A stretch of 33,625 nt of DNA. Source: Dehalococcoides mccartyi (GTDB taxonomy: Bacteria > Chloroflexota > Dehalococcoidia > UBA2979). A program made the position numbers and the translations under genes. The stretch covers positions 1 to 33,625 of the forward strand of contig CAMDAY010000003.1 in NCBI GenBank assembly GCA_945888895.1, in the 5' to 3' direction. The notes beneath the pieces were generated by a model that saw only the letters and a list, made by a program, of their open reading frames with translations, did no database searches and was not told the DNA's origin. This document shows positions 16,158-23,917 of the stretch, one piece after another (within the stretch, counting starts at the first letter, position 1; each line of letters begins with the position of its first letter).

Positions 16158-17399
16158 TTACCGGGAGGGGGTACCTGTCGCCGTCCCGGTGGGGCTCCCC
16201 CCCGGGGTGCCCGAGGCTCCCGGCGTGCCGGTGACGGTCGCACCGGCGGGCGGCTGTTCCGTGGCCTTCTTCGCTCGGATCACCTCGGCGGCGGCGGGGT
16301 CGTACCGCCGGTTCGAGGCGGCCTCCCAGAGCGGCCACGCCTCCTTCGTCCGGTCGCCGATGTCCCGCAGGCCGAGGCTGGCGAGCAGGTCGTACGGAGG
16401 TGCGGTCGCGAAGGAGAGGTCGCGCTCGGCGAACCAGATGACCAGCGGCGACCCCATCACGTCAGCGTCCTCGAACAGCCGCTGAAGGAAGCGCCGCTGC
16501 TCCGCCGGCGTCGAGGAGTTCAGGTTGTCGCGCCCTGGCCCGGAGGCGTAGCCGACGGAGATGAAGGCGATCGGCAGCTTCGTCTGGTCCTTGATGGCGG
16601 TGTAATAGTTCGGCGGCACCTTGCGGGCGACGTTAAACGCGAACGACGCGAACGTGGTGATGCCGAGGAGGTCCATCTTCCCCTCGAAGTCCTTCAGGAG
16701 CTGCCAGCGCGGGGGGTGCGGGGGCAGGTCTGGGATCACCCCCAGGAGCTCCTCGTACTGGAACGAGGGGAACACGCGCGTCTCCGGCGATGCCGCCTTC
16801 ACGGCGTCGTACGCCTCTTTGTAGGCGGACACGAACGTCAGGTACGTCCCCGGGCTGCGCTCGAACGTGGCGTTCACCTCATTCCCCAGCACGAGGTACG
16901 CCGGCCGCAGGTTCTTAGCGACGAAGACGGCCTCCTGCACGAAGGCCTTGCGGAGATCCGCGTTGGAGAGGTCCTTGCCCGCGTAGGCCGGCGGCAGCTT
17001 CTGGAGCTTGTCACGCGCGATCGGGTCGAACAGGTCAAGGACGATCGCGACCTGCAGGTCGCGGCTCTTGGTCGCGTCCCGGATCGTGGTCAGCTCCTGC
17101 CGGGTCGCCTCGGACGGCGTGGCGCCCGGCACAAAGTCCGCCCAGACGGGCGCGCGCTGCACCAGGATCACCTCGCCGTAGTTCGCCGCGAGGTCGTAGG
17201 TCTGCCGCGTGCCCAGCTCCGTCAGCGCCCACGGCGTGTCCGAAAAGCCGAGACGGTAGGAGCGCGGGTCACCCGCCTCCGGCCTCGCGCGCTTCGGGAA
17301 GGATGAGCCCTCCTTCACCTCCGTACGGCAGCCGCCCGCCAGCAGCGCCACGAGTGTGAGCGCCAGCGCGAGGAGGGTGAACCGGCGTCGGAGGGGCAT
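16158..17399 (-). CDS. Lipoprotein with glycoside-hydrolase-like (clan GH-A TIM-barrel) domain
   Basis: Signal peptide MPLRRRF-hydrophobic-LAGGC (lipobox-like), LGNEVN acid/base motif, late VIWF strand and Pro/Thr/Gly-rich tail. Fold call is an inference from motifs. Confidence 0.65.
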   Translation of the reverse strand: MPLRRRFTLLALALTLVALLAGGCRTEVKEGSSFPKRARPEAGDPRSYRLGFSDTPWALTELGTRQTYDLAANYGEVILVQRAPVWADFVPGATPSEATRQELTTIRDATKSRDLQVAIVLDLFDPIARDKLQKLPPAYAGKDLSNADLRKAFVQEAVFVAKNLRPAYLVLGNEVNATFERSPGTYLTFVSAYKEAYDAVKAASPETRVFPSFQYEELLGVIPDLPPHPPRWQLLKDFEGKMDLLGITTFASFAFNVARKVPPNYYTAIKDQTKLPIAFISVGYASGPGRDNLNSSTPAEQRRFLQRLFEDADVMGSPLVIWFAERDLSFATAPPYDLLASLGLRDIGDRTKEAWPLWEAASNRRYDPAAAEVIRAKKATEQPPAGATVTGTPGASGTPGGSPTGTATGTPSR

Positions 17400-17461
17400 C
17401 CCCTTGATCGTGCGCGATTGGTGGGGGGCGGTCAACGCGCGGCCCCAGAAGCCTCGCCGGA

Positions 17462-17505
17462 ACCCCCCACCCCACCCCCCCCACAAGGGGGGAGGGGGTC
17501 AGAGC
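17462..17505. repeat. BoxC/REP-like repeat copy (inverted twin of 17894-17940)
   Basis: 17478-17505 is the exact 28-nt reverse complement of 17894-17921. Confidence 0.85.
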
Positions 17506-17604
17506 TCTCCGACCGACCGAGGGTTTCCCCCGTGAGCCACCTCGAGGCCCGTTCCGACGATTCTCGTACCCCGGCAACACGGGGACAGCGACGGGAGTCC
17601 CGAG

Positions 17605-17829
17605 ATGGCGTTCATGACTACCGACGACCTGCTCACAGAGCTCGGCGGTGCGACCTCGAGGTCCGACGCACGCGCGATGATCAGCCGTGCGGCGCGCATC
17701 GCCGGCGTGGCGACCGGTCGCCCGCTCCAGATGCGCGAGCTCCTCATGGTCTGCGAAGCCCTTGCGGCGGAGGGTGGAGCGATCCAGCAGATGGCCGAGT
17801 CCGTCGCCACACGCGCCCTCCGCGACTAG
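17605..17829 (+). CDS. Small helical hypothetical protein (74 aa)
   Basis: GGGAG before ATG, host-like GC3 codon usage, amphipathic helical sequence, fills the gap between repeats. Confidence 0.7.
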   Translation: MAFMTTDDLLTELGGATSRSDARAMISRAARIAGVATGRPLQMRELLMVCEALAAEGGAIQQMAESVATRALRD

Positions 17830-17842
17830 CGCCGCGCGCCGA

Positions 17843-17940
17843 CCCTCACCCTGCCCTCTCCCCTCGAAGGGGGCGAGGGTTTTGAGGTTCTGGGCTCTGA
17901 CCCCCTCCCCCCTTGTGGGGGAGGGCTGGGGTGGGGGGGG
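17843..17940. repeat. BoxC/REP-like doublet (inverted pair)
   Basis: C-tail copy, short spacer, G-tail copy. Same architecture and about 98-bp length as 19479-19576. Confidence 0.85.
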
Positions 17941-17959
17941 GCGGCGAGGCTTCTCGCGT

Positions 17960-18415
17960 CTACCGCGCCTCGTCCGAGAACACGGTGTCCCGCGCCACAT
18001 CACCCCACGAGAACAGCGCGGCGGCGAAGCGGATGCCGCCCGCGCGTTGGTTCAGCACGTCCAACGGGAGCTCGGCGAGGTACGCGCGCACACGATCCTC
18101 GACCCCCGCGTCCTCGTAGAACTCGACCGGGCGGAAGACGCCGAACGTCGTCGAGGCGATCGGCTGGCCACCCGGCTCGGCGCAGGCGATCGCCAACGCC
18201 ATCTGGTCGATGCCGTACGGTCGCCGCGTCTCTGCGATGCGCGCCCGGCACCACACGATGATCTGCTCCGCGAGCCGTTCGAGGTCGGCGATCGCCAGCG
18301 GGGCCGCGCCCAGCAGCCACTCCTCCTTGGAGAGCCCCGTGCCGCGACGGATCGAATCCTCGACGCGCGCGCGCAGGGGATCGGGACGGAAGCGGCGGAG
18401 CAGCGCGCTCAACAT
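17960..18415 (-). CDS. Hypothetical protein (151 aa)
   Basis: ATG 18415 preceded by AGGAAGGGGG, plausible codon usage, no recognised motif. Confidence 0.65.
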   Translation of the reverse strand: MLSALLRRFRPDPLRARVEDSIRRGTGLSKEEWLLGAAPLAIADLERLAEQIIVWCRARIAETRRPYGIDQMALAIACAEPGGQPIASTTFGVFRPVEFYEDAGVEDRVRAYLAELPLDVLNQRAGGIRFAAALFSWGDVARDTVFSDEAR

Positions 18416-18488
18416 CGGTTCCCCCTTCCTGCGCTCCACGCGCCAATACTCCGTGCCGCACCGATCTGGCGATCAGCGCGGTAGGCAC

Positions 18489-18575
18489 GAGACGGTTGCC
18501 CCGGTAGCGGGGAAACCCTTAGGCCAATCATCGGCGGCATCCGGTGACTCACCAGCGGCCGGGGCGTTGCGTTTC
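18489..18575 (+). ncRNA. Candidate structured RNA of unknown family
   Basis: Outer stems GAGACG/CGTTTC and GCCCCGG/CCGGGGC enclose GGG-GAAA-CCC, GCC-N7-GGC and GGTG-ACT-CACC hairpins. G-U pairs favour the + strand. Confidence 0.35.
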
Positions 18576-18618
18576 GGTAATGACGCTGACGAGTCCCTGT
18601 CGCCTGTAGACTGGGCGT

Positions 18619-19095
18619 GTGGACAGCACATACGAGGTCGACGTCGACGGGCTGATCCGCACGGTGCAGCGATCCGACCATGTGATCGTCCGCTTCTCCA
18701 CGCTCGCCCAACGCCTCTTCATCGACTTCCGCACGAGCAGCAGCGAGGGGCCGGGCATCTTCGTGCTTCCCGTTGCGAACACGATCCAGGAGCGTCTCGC
18801 CACGATCGCGGCGGCGCGGCCCAACTTCCCGCGACCGGAGAAGTTGTACGTCATGGCATGGCCGCTGCGCGTCGCGGGCCTCGAGCGGCTCGGCTTCGTC
18901 GAGGCCGCGCGCCGGCGCTTCGCCGCGATGGACGCGTTCGAGGCGGTGCGCAACCTGGACCGCGCGATCGGCGACCTCGAACGTGCCGAGGATCTCGAGC
19001 TGCGCAGCGCGATCACGGGCGAGGGGTACCGCACGATCTGGCCCGGCATCGCCGGCGGCTCGGACGTCCCGCCCGACCCGCCGGGCACCCCGTAG
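18619..19095 (+). CDS. Hypothetical protein (158 aa), probably leaderless
   Basis: TAGACT 6 nt before the GTG start, good codon usage, next gene begins 5 nt after the stop. Confidence 0.75.
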   Translation: MDSTYEVDVDGLIRTVQRSDHVIVRFSTLAQRLFIDFRTSSSEGPGIFVLPVANTIQERLATIAAARPNFPRPEKLYVMAWPLRVAGLERLGFVEAARRRFAAMDAFEAVRNLDRAIGDLERAEDLELRSAITGEGYRTIWPGIAGGSDVPPDPPGTP

Positions 19096-19100
19096 CGCGG

Positions 19101-19463
19101 ATGCGACCCGACCAGTTCGAACGCATCGTCCGCCGCGCCGTCCGCAGCCTGCCGCCGGAGTTCGCGCTGCACGTGAAGGACGTGGCGATCGTCGTGGAAC
19201 GCGAACCCTCCGACCACGACCGGCAGGAAGCGCACCTCGAACCGGACGATGATCTGTTCGGCCTCTACGTGGGCACACCGCTCACGGAGCGTGCCGACTA
19301 CCACATGGTGCTGCCGGACCGGATCCTGATCTTCCAGGGCCCGCACGAACGCCACTTCCGCGCCACAGAGCTGCAGGCGGAGATCCGCCGTACCGTTGCG
19401 CACGAGATCGCACACTTCTTCGGCATCGATGACGAGCGCCTCGATGCGCTAGGGCTGGGATAG
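19101..19463 (+). CDS. Zincin-like metallopeptidase (Zincin_1/DUF1025-type minimal zincin)
   Basis: LFGLYVGTPL, LPDRILIFQGP and TVAHEIAHFFGIDDERL (HExxH) motifs. Start ATG 19101. Confidence 0.9.
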   Translation: MRPDQFERIVRRAVRSLPPEFALHVKDVAIVVEREPSDHDRQEAHLEPDDDLFGLYVGTPLTERADYHMVLPDRILIFQGPHERHFRATELQAEIRRTVAHEIAHFFGIDDERLDALGLG

Positions 19464-19478
19464 GCGGAGGGGACAGGG

Positions 19479-19576
19479 CCCTCCCCCAACCCTCTCCCCA
19501 AACGGGGGAGAGGGTTCTGAATCTGAATCCGGCTCCGACCCCCTCCCCTCTTGCGGGTGAGGGTTGGGGTGGGGGG
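19479..19576. repeat. BoxC/REP-like doublet (inverted pair)
   Basis: CCCTCCCCCAACCCTCTCCCC..GGGGAGAGGG, spacer, then GCTCCGACCCCCTCCCC..GAGGGTTGGGGTGGGGGG. Confidence 0.85.
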
Positions 19577-19610
19577 TCTGCACCGCGCCACCTCGAACAG
19601 TCCGGACACA

Positions 19611-19638
19611 GGAGCGCCACCCGGGCGGGTGGCGCTCC
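19611..19638. terminator. 12-bp perfect hairpin between convergent zincin and HU genes
   Basis: GGAGCGCCACCC-gggc-GGGTGGCGCTCC. Confidence 0.5.
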
Positions 19639-19698
19639 AACGGATAGCGAACCCGACACCCGACGTTCCGAGGAACGCCGGGGCGGCGGGCCGGGTCG

Positions 19699-20007
<309 letters not shown>

Positions 20008-20063
20008 CTCGAACCTCCTGGGTGAGGACCCCTGCCACATGTAGAGAAGCGTCTATGCACGTC

Positions 20064-20092
20064 ATCATTTGCTTTGGCGCGCCTGATGTCAA
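20064..20092 (-). promoter_or_regulatory. Putative sigmaA promoter for hup
   Basis: Minus strand TTGACA-N17-AATGAT. Confidence 0.6.
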
Positions 20093-20238
20093 CCCTCTGC
20101 GACCCCGAATGCCAGATATTTACTGGCGATCCTCGGCGTAACGTGTCTCATACCGCTGATTTCCGGGCGATCGGCGCGTGAAGGTGGGCGAAACCCATGC
20201 TCCATCAGGTGATCCGGACGTCGAGATCACGCGGCGCC

Positions 20239-21399
20239 CTAGCGGGTCGCGCGGTACCTGTGGATGAGTCGTGTCGCGGCGGCCGTCGTGTACTGCGCAG
20301 GGTGCGCGATTGCGGCGGCGCGATCGGCGGGCGTGGGAGCGAGCGCCTCGGCGTCGAGGACGCCCGCAGGCAGTCCTTCGACGATCCCGGCAACCGCGAT
20401 GCACGGCGTGCCGGCGGTAGCCGCAAGGGCCGCGACGTGCGCCACGGACTTGCCGTAGCCCGTCTGACCGTCCATTGCGCCCTCGCCGGTGACCACCAGG
20501 TCTGCCGACTCGACTGCGGCGCGCAGGCCGATCGCGTCCGCGACGAGCGCCGCGCCGGACTCGATGCGACCTTGGCGACACGCCGCGAGGAGGCCCGTCG
20601 GGATGCCGCCGCCCGCGCCCGCGCCGGGCTGGCTCGCCACGTCGACATCGAGATCCACGCGGAGCCGCTCGGCCCAGCGGGCGAGGGCGGCGTTGAGGGC
20701 GGCCGCCTGCCAGTCCGTGACTCCCTTTTGCGCGCCGTAGACGGCGGTCGCGCCGGCCGCGCCGGCCGCGCCGAGCAGCGGGTTCAGCACGTCCACGGCG
20801 ATCCGCAGGTCGAGGTCGCGCACGGCATCCTCGAGGTCTGCCTCGACGCGCGCGAGGCTCACGAGGGCGAGGCCGCCACGCGGGACCGGCGCACCAGCGG
20901 GGTCGAACAGCCGCAGGCCGAGCACGCTCGCCGCGCCCGCACCGCCGTCGTTTGTGCCGGTGCCCCCGACGCCGACGATCACCTGACGTGCGCCGCTGGC
21001 GATCGCGTGGCGGATCTGCTCGCCGACGCCGGCGCTCGAAGCGCGCGCCGGGTCGCGCTGGTCGACGGGCGTCAGCAGCAGCCCGGCGGCGCTCGCTGCC
21101 TCGATCACCGCGAGCGTCGGCTCACCGGGGCGTTCGAGGAGCGCGTAGGTCGCCTCGACCGGATCGCCGAGCGGGCCGGTGACCACGTGCCGCACGAGGC
21201 GCGCGCCCGTGGCCTGCGCGACGATCGCGACCGTTCCCGGCCCGCCGTCCGCCATCGGCAGTTCGATGACCTCGGCATCCGGCAGCACTGCGCGTACGCC
21301 CGCGGCGATCGCGGAGGCAGCTTCGACCGGGTCGAGCGTGCCCTTGAACTCCTGCGGACAGACGAGGACGCGGCGGATGGGTCGCGACACCTCGGTCAA
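20239..21399 (-). CDS. glxK: Glycerate kinase (GlxK/GarK family)
   Basis: CPQEFKGTL, PMADGGPGT, GVGGTGTNDGGAG, VYGAQKG, GAGAGGG and LVVTGEG..QT.YGK motifs. Start is TTG 21399 (overlapping the upstream stop) or GTG 21390. Confidence 0.9.
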   Translation of the reverse strand: MTEVSRPIRRVLVCPQEFKGTLDPVEAASAIAAGVRAVLPDAEVIELPMADGGPGTVAIVAQATGARLVRHVVTGPLGDPVEATYALLERPGEPTLAVIEAASAAGLLLTPVDQRDPARASSAGVGEQIRHAIASGARQVIVGVGGTGTNDGGAGAASVLGLRLFDPAGAPVPRGGLALVSLARVEADLEDAVRDLDLRIAVDVLNPLLGAAGAAGATAVYGAQKGVTDWQAAALNAALARWAERLRVDLDVDVASQPGAGAGGGIPTGLLAACRQGRIESGAALVADAIGLRAAVESADLVVTGEGAMDGQTGYGKSVAHVAALAATAGTPCIAVAGIVEGLPAGVLDAEALAPTPADRAAAIAHPAQYTTAAATRLIHRYRATR

Positions 21400-21647
21400 T
21401 CGAGGCCCCAGCGCCAGCCGAAGGCGACCTGGAGCACGGCGCGGATCAACGTGGTCAGGATGAAGAGCAGCAGCACCAGCTCGATCCGGCGGAACAAGCG
21501 CTTCACCGCCTGGATTCGCCCCGACTGCTGAAGGCGGGCGTTCCCTTGCCGCATCAAGTCGGCCCCGCCGGGGAACATGCGGACGAACGCGGTCCACGCT
21601 GCCAGCGATAGTCCGAGGCTCACCACCCAGAGGATCAGAGTTCTCAC
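21396..21647 (-). CDS. Small membrane protein (83 aa, two predicted TM segments)
   Basis: GGGAGG SD and TAGGAT -10-like element upstream, two hydrophobic stretches, stop coupled to glxK start. Confidence 0.7.
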   Translation of the reverse strand: MRTLILWVVSLGLSLAAWTAFVRMFPGGADLMRQGNARLQQSGRIQAVKRLFRRIELVLLLFILTTLIRAVLQVAFGWRWGLD

Positions 21648-21681
21648 GCGATGCGCCTCCCGTCCTGCATCCTACCGATGG

Positions 21682-21737
21682 TTGACTAGCACAAGCGTTC
21701 TCTTATACACTCAAACCAACACTAGAACGCTTGTTCT
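21682..21737 (+). promoter_or_regulatory. SigmaA-type promoter with two LexA (SOS) boxes
   Basis: -35 TTGACT (21682-87) and -10 TATACA/TACACT (21704-11). AGCAC-AAGC-GTTCT (21688-21701) lies in the spacer and perfect AGAAC-GCTT-GTTCT (21724-37) lies downstream, matching the GAAC-N4-GTTC LexA box. Confidence 0.85.
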
Positions 21738-21750
21738 CATAAAGGCTCCC

Positions 21751-21927
21751 ATGACGACCGACACTGCGACCGCCATCTCTGACCCCGCGGCCGGGGTCGC
21801 CGTGCCTCGACGCCGCCGTCAATGGACCTACGCCGGCCCACGCTGCCCGCAGTGCGCCGGCCCGCTCGTCTTCGGCGAGGGCTGCAGCGTCTGCCCCGTA
21901 TGTGGTCATTCCTCCTGCACGATCTAG
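21751..21927 (+). CDS. 58-aa six-cysteine zinc-ribbon protein resembling the NrdJ C-terminal tail
   Basis: CPQCAGPLVFGEGCSVCPVCGHSSC; AAGG before ATG 21751; lies directly behind the promoter above. Confidence 0.75.
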   Translation: MTTDTATAISDPAAGVAVPRRRRQWTYAGPRCPQCAGPLVFGEGCSVCPVCGHSSCTI

Positions 21928-22060
21928 CGGCGGTGTCTCATTCGGGCGCCTGACGGGCGAATCCACAGGCTGACCGGCCCGCGTTTACTTATGCGCGTTC
22001 GACCCCCCTTGGATCGCTTCGTATACTTCGCCCCTATCGCCAAGAGCGCGGGGGGCGAGC

Positions 22061-22882
22061 ATGGTGGCTGGAACCGGTACTGATCTGCGCGCATTTACAC
22101 AGCGCGTCCGACGGCATGTGGTCGAGATGGTCTACGGGGCGCAGTCGGGCCACATCGGTGGCTCCATGTCGTCGACCGAGATTCTCGCGGTGCTCTATGG
22201 CCGCATCATGCGGCACGACCCGAAGCGCCCCGGCTGGGTGGAGCGTGACCGCTTCATCATGAGCAAGGGCCACTGCACCCCCGTGCAGTACGCCACCCTT
22301 GCCGAGAGCGGCTACTTCCCGGTGGACGAGCTCTCCACCTTCCGCAAGAAGGGCACGCGCCTCCAGGGCCACTCCGTCCTCGGCAAGCCCGAGGGGGTCG
22401 AGAACTCCGCGGGTGCGCTGGGCATGGGCCTGTCGTTCGGCCTCGGCATCCGGCTCGGCATGCGCCTCAGCAACATCGACGCGCACGTGTACGTGCTGAT
22501 GGGCGACGGCGAGCAGGACGAGGGACAGGTGTGGGAGGCCGCGATGGCCGCCTCCCACCACCGCGTCGACCGCCTGGTTGCGATCATCGACCGCAACGGC
22601 ATCCAGAACGACGACTTCACCGCGGCGACCATGCGCACCGAGCCGCTGGACGAGAAGTACCGCGCCTTCGGCTGGGAAGTCCGCGCCGGCATCGACGGGC
22701 ACAACCTCGAGGCCGTCGAAGAAGCCCTCGCGTGGGCGCGCGACGTGCGCGGCAAGCCGGCGCTGGTGATCTTCGACACCGTGAAGGGGAAGGGTGTCTC
22801 CTTCATGGAAAACAACCCGAACTTCCACGGTGCCGCCCCCAGCGCGGAGCAGTTCGCGCGCGCCATGGAGGAATTGGCCTGA
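22061..22882 (+). CDS. Transketolase, N-terminal (TPP-binding) subunit
   Basis: SGHIGGSMS, RDRFIMSKGH, LQGH, GDGEQDEGQVWEA..N and TVKGKG motifs. TATACT at 22022. Confidence 0.93.
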   Translation: MVAGTGTDLRAFTQRVRRHVVEMVYGAQSGHIGGSMSSTEILAVLYGRIMRHDPKRPGWVERDRFIMSKGHCTPVQYATLAESGYFPVDELSTFRKKGTRLQGHSVLGKPEGVENSAGALGMGLSFGLGIRLGMRLSNIDAHVYVLMGDGEQDEGQVWEAAMAASHHRVDRLVAIIDRNGIQNDDFTAATMRTEPLDEKYRAFGWEVRAGIDGHNLEAVEEALAWARDVRGKPALVIFDTVKGKGVSFMENNPNFHGAAPSAEQFARAMEELA

Positions 22883-23835
22883 TGACGACCACCAACCTGC
22901 CCGCCGCCGCCACGCGCGAGGCGCTCGGCCCCACGCTCGTGCGCCTGCAGCAGAACGGCGCCAACATCGTGGTCGTCGATGCCGACCTCGGGAAGTCGAC
23001 GTCCGCGCGCACCTTCCGCGACGCGTTCCCGGAGCGCTTCTTCACCTTCGGCGTCGCCGAGCAGAACATGATCTCCGCCGCCGGTGGCCTCGCGACGCTC
23101 GGTCACACCGTCATCGCATCGACGTTCGCGGTGTTCGCGGAGCACGCGTTCGATCAGCTCCGCATGTCGGTCGCACAGCCCAAGCTCAATGTGAAGGTCG
23201 TCGCCAGCCACGGCGGTGTCTCCACCGGCGAGGACGGCGCGTCCGCACAGTCCGTGGAGGACTACGCGCTGTTCTCCTCGCTCGTGAACTTCACCGTGTG
23301 CGTGCCGGCCGATGTCGTCGAAGCAGAGGCGATGGTCGCCGCAGCGGTCGCGACCCCCGGCCCGTGGTACATCCGCACCGGGCGCCCGAAGATCCCCGTC
23401 ATCTACACAGACGGCCCGCGCTTCCAGGTCGGCAAGGCCGACATGCTGCGCGAGGGCACGGACGTGACGATCGTCGCGTGCGGCCTCCTTGTCGAGCGCT
23501 CGCTCCGCGCGGCCGAGGCGCTCGAGGCCAGCGGCATCTCCGCACGTGTGCTGAACATGGGCACGATCCGGCCCCTCGACGTCGCGGCCCTCGAGGCTGC
23601 GGCGAAGGACACCGGCGCGATCGTCGTCGCGGAGGAGCACCTGACGCACTCCGGCCTCGGCGCGATGTGCGCGCAGGCGATCGCCGCGACCACGCAGCCC
23701 GTCCCGATGGAGTTTGTCGGTGTGCAGTCCCGCTACGGCGAGTCCGCGACGTGGGACGAGGTTCTGGAGATCATGGGCCTCACCGCGGACGGCGTCGAAG
23801 CCGCCGCGCGCAAGGTCGTCGCCCGCAAGCGCTAG
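22882..23835 (+). CDS. Transketolase, C-terminal (pyrimidine-binding) subunit
   Basis: ATREA, VDADLGKST, GVAEQNM, GEDGASAQ, YIRTGR and EEH..SGLG motifs. TGATG overlap with the N-terminal subunit. Confidence 0.93.
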   Translation: MTTTNLPAAATREALGPTLVRLQQNGANIVVVDADLGKSTSARTFRDAFPERFFTFGVAEQNMISAAGGLATLGHTVIASTFAVFAEHAFDQLRMSVAQPKLNVKVVASHGGVSTGEDGASAQSVEDYALFSSLVNFTVCVPADVVEAEAMVAAAVATPGPWYIRTGRPKIPVIYTDGPRFQVGKADMLREGTDVTIVACGLLVERSLRAAEALEASGISARVLNMGTIRPLDVAALEAAAKDTGAIVVAEEHLTHSGLGAMCAQAIAATTQPVPMEFVGVQSRYGESATWDEVLEIMGLTADGVEAAARKVVARKR

Positions 23836-23856
23836 GCGCGTTCACCTCGAACGTTG

Positions 23857-23901
23857 GTACACGACAACGCCCCGGCCTTTGGCCGGGGCGTTGTCGTGTA
23901 C
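23857..23901. terminator. 21-bp perfect inverted repeat between convergent tkt and HAD genes
   Basis: GTACACGACAACGCCCCGGCC-ttt-GGCCGGGGCGTTGTCGTGTAC. Confidence 0.75.
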
Positions 23902-23917
23902 GCCGGAGGGCTTCCGG

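Noticed and set aside
17520-17600. ACACGGGGACAGCGACGGGAG resembles the 3' end of ykkC/guanidine-I riboswitches
   Set aside because: The conserved CUGGUCCRAG and P1 elements are missing and the P3 pairing does not form.
18495-18575. Partial resemblance to c-di-GMP-I (GGCCUAAGGG, ACGCAA) and group II intron domain 5 (GCGGGGAAACCC)
   Set aside because: Motif order and pairing partners do not fit either consensus; kept only as an unknown RNA candidate.
18586-18630. CTGACGA-GTCC...GGAC resembles a hammerhead ribozyme core
   Set aside because: GGAC is followed by AGCA, not the required GAAA; the region is better explained as a promoter plus start codon.
22061-23835. Transketolase in two ORFs might be a frameshifted pseudogene
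   Set aside because: Two-subunit transketolases are well known; the TGATG coupling and GGAGGA SD indicate a genuine split.
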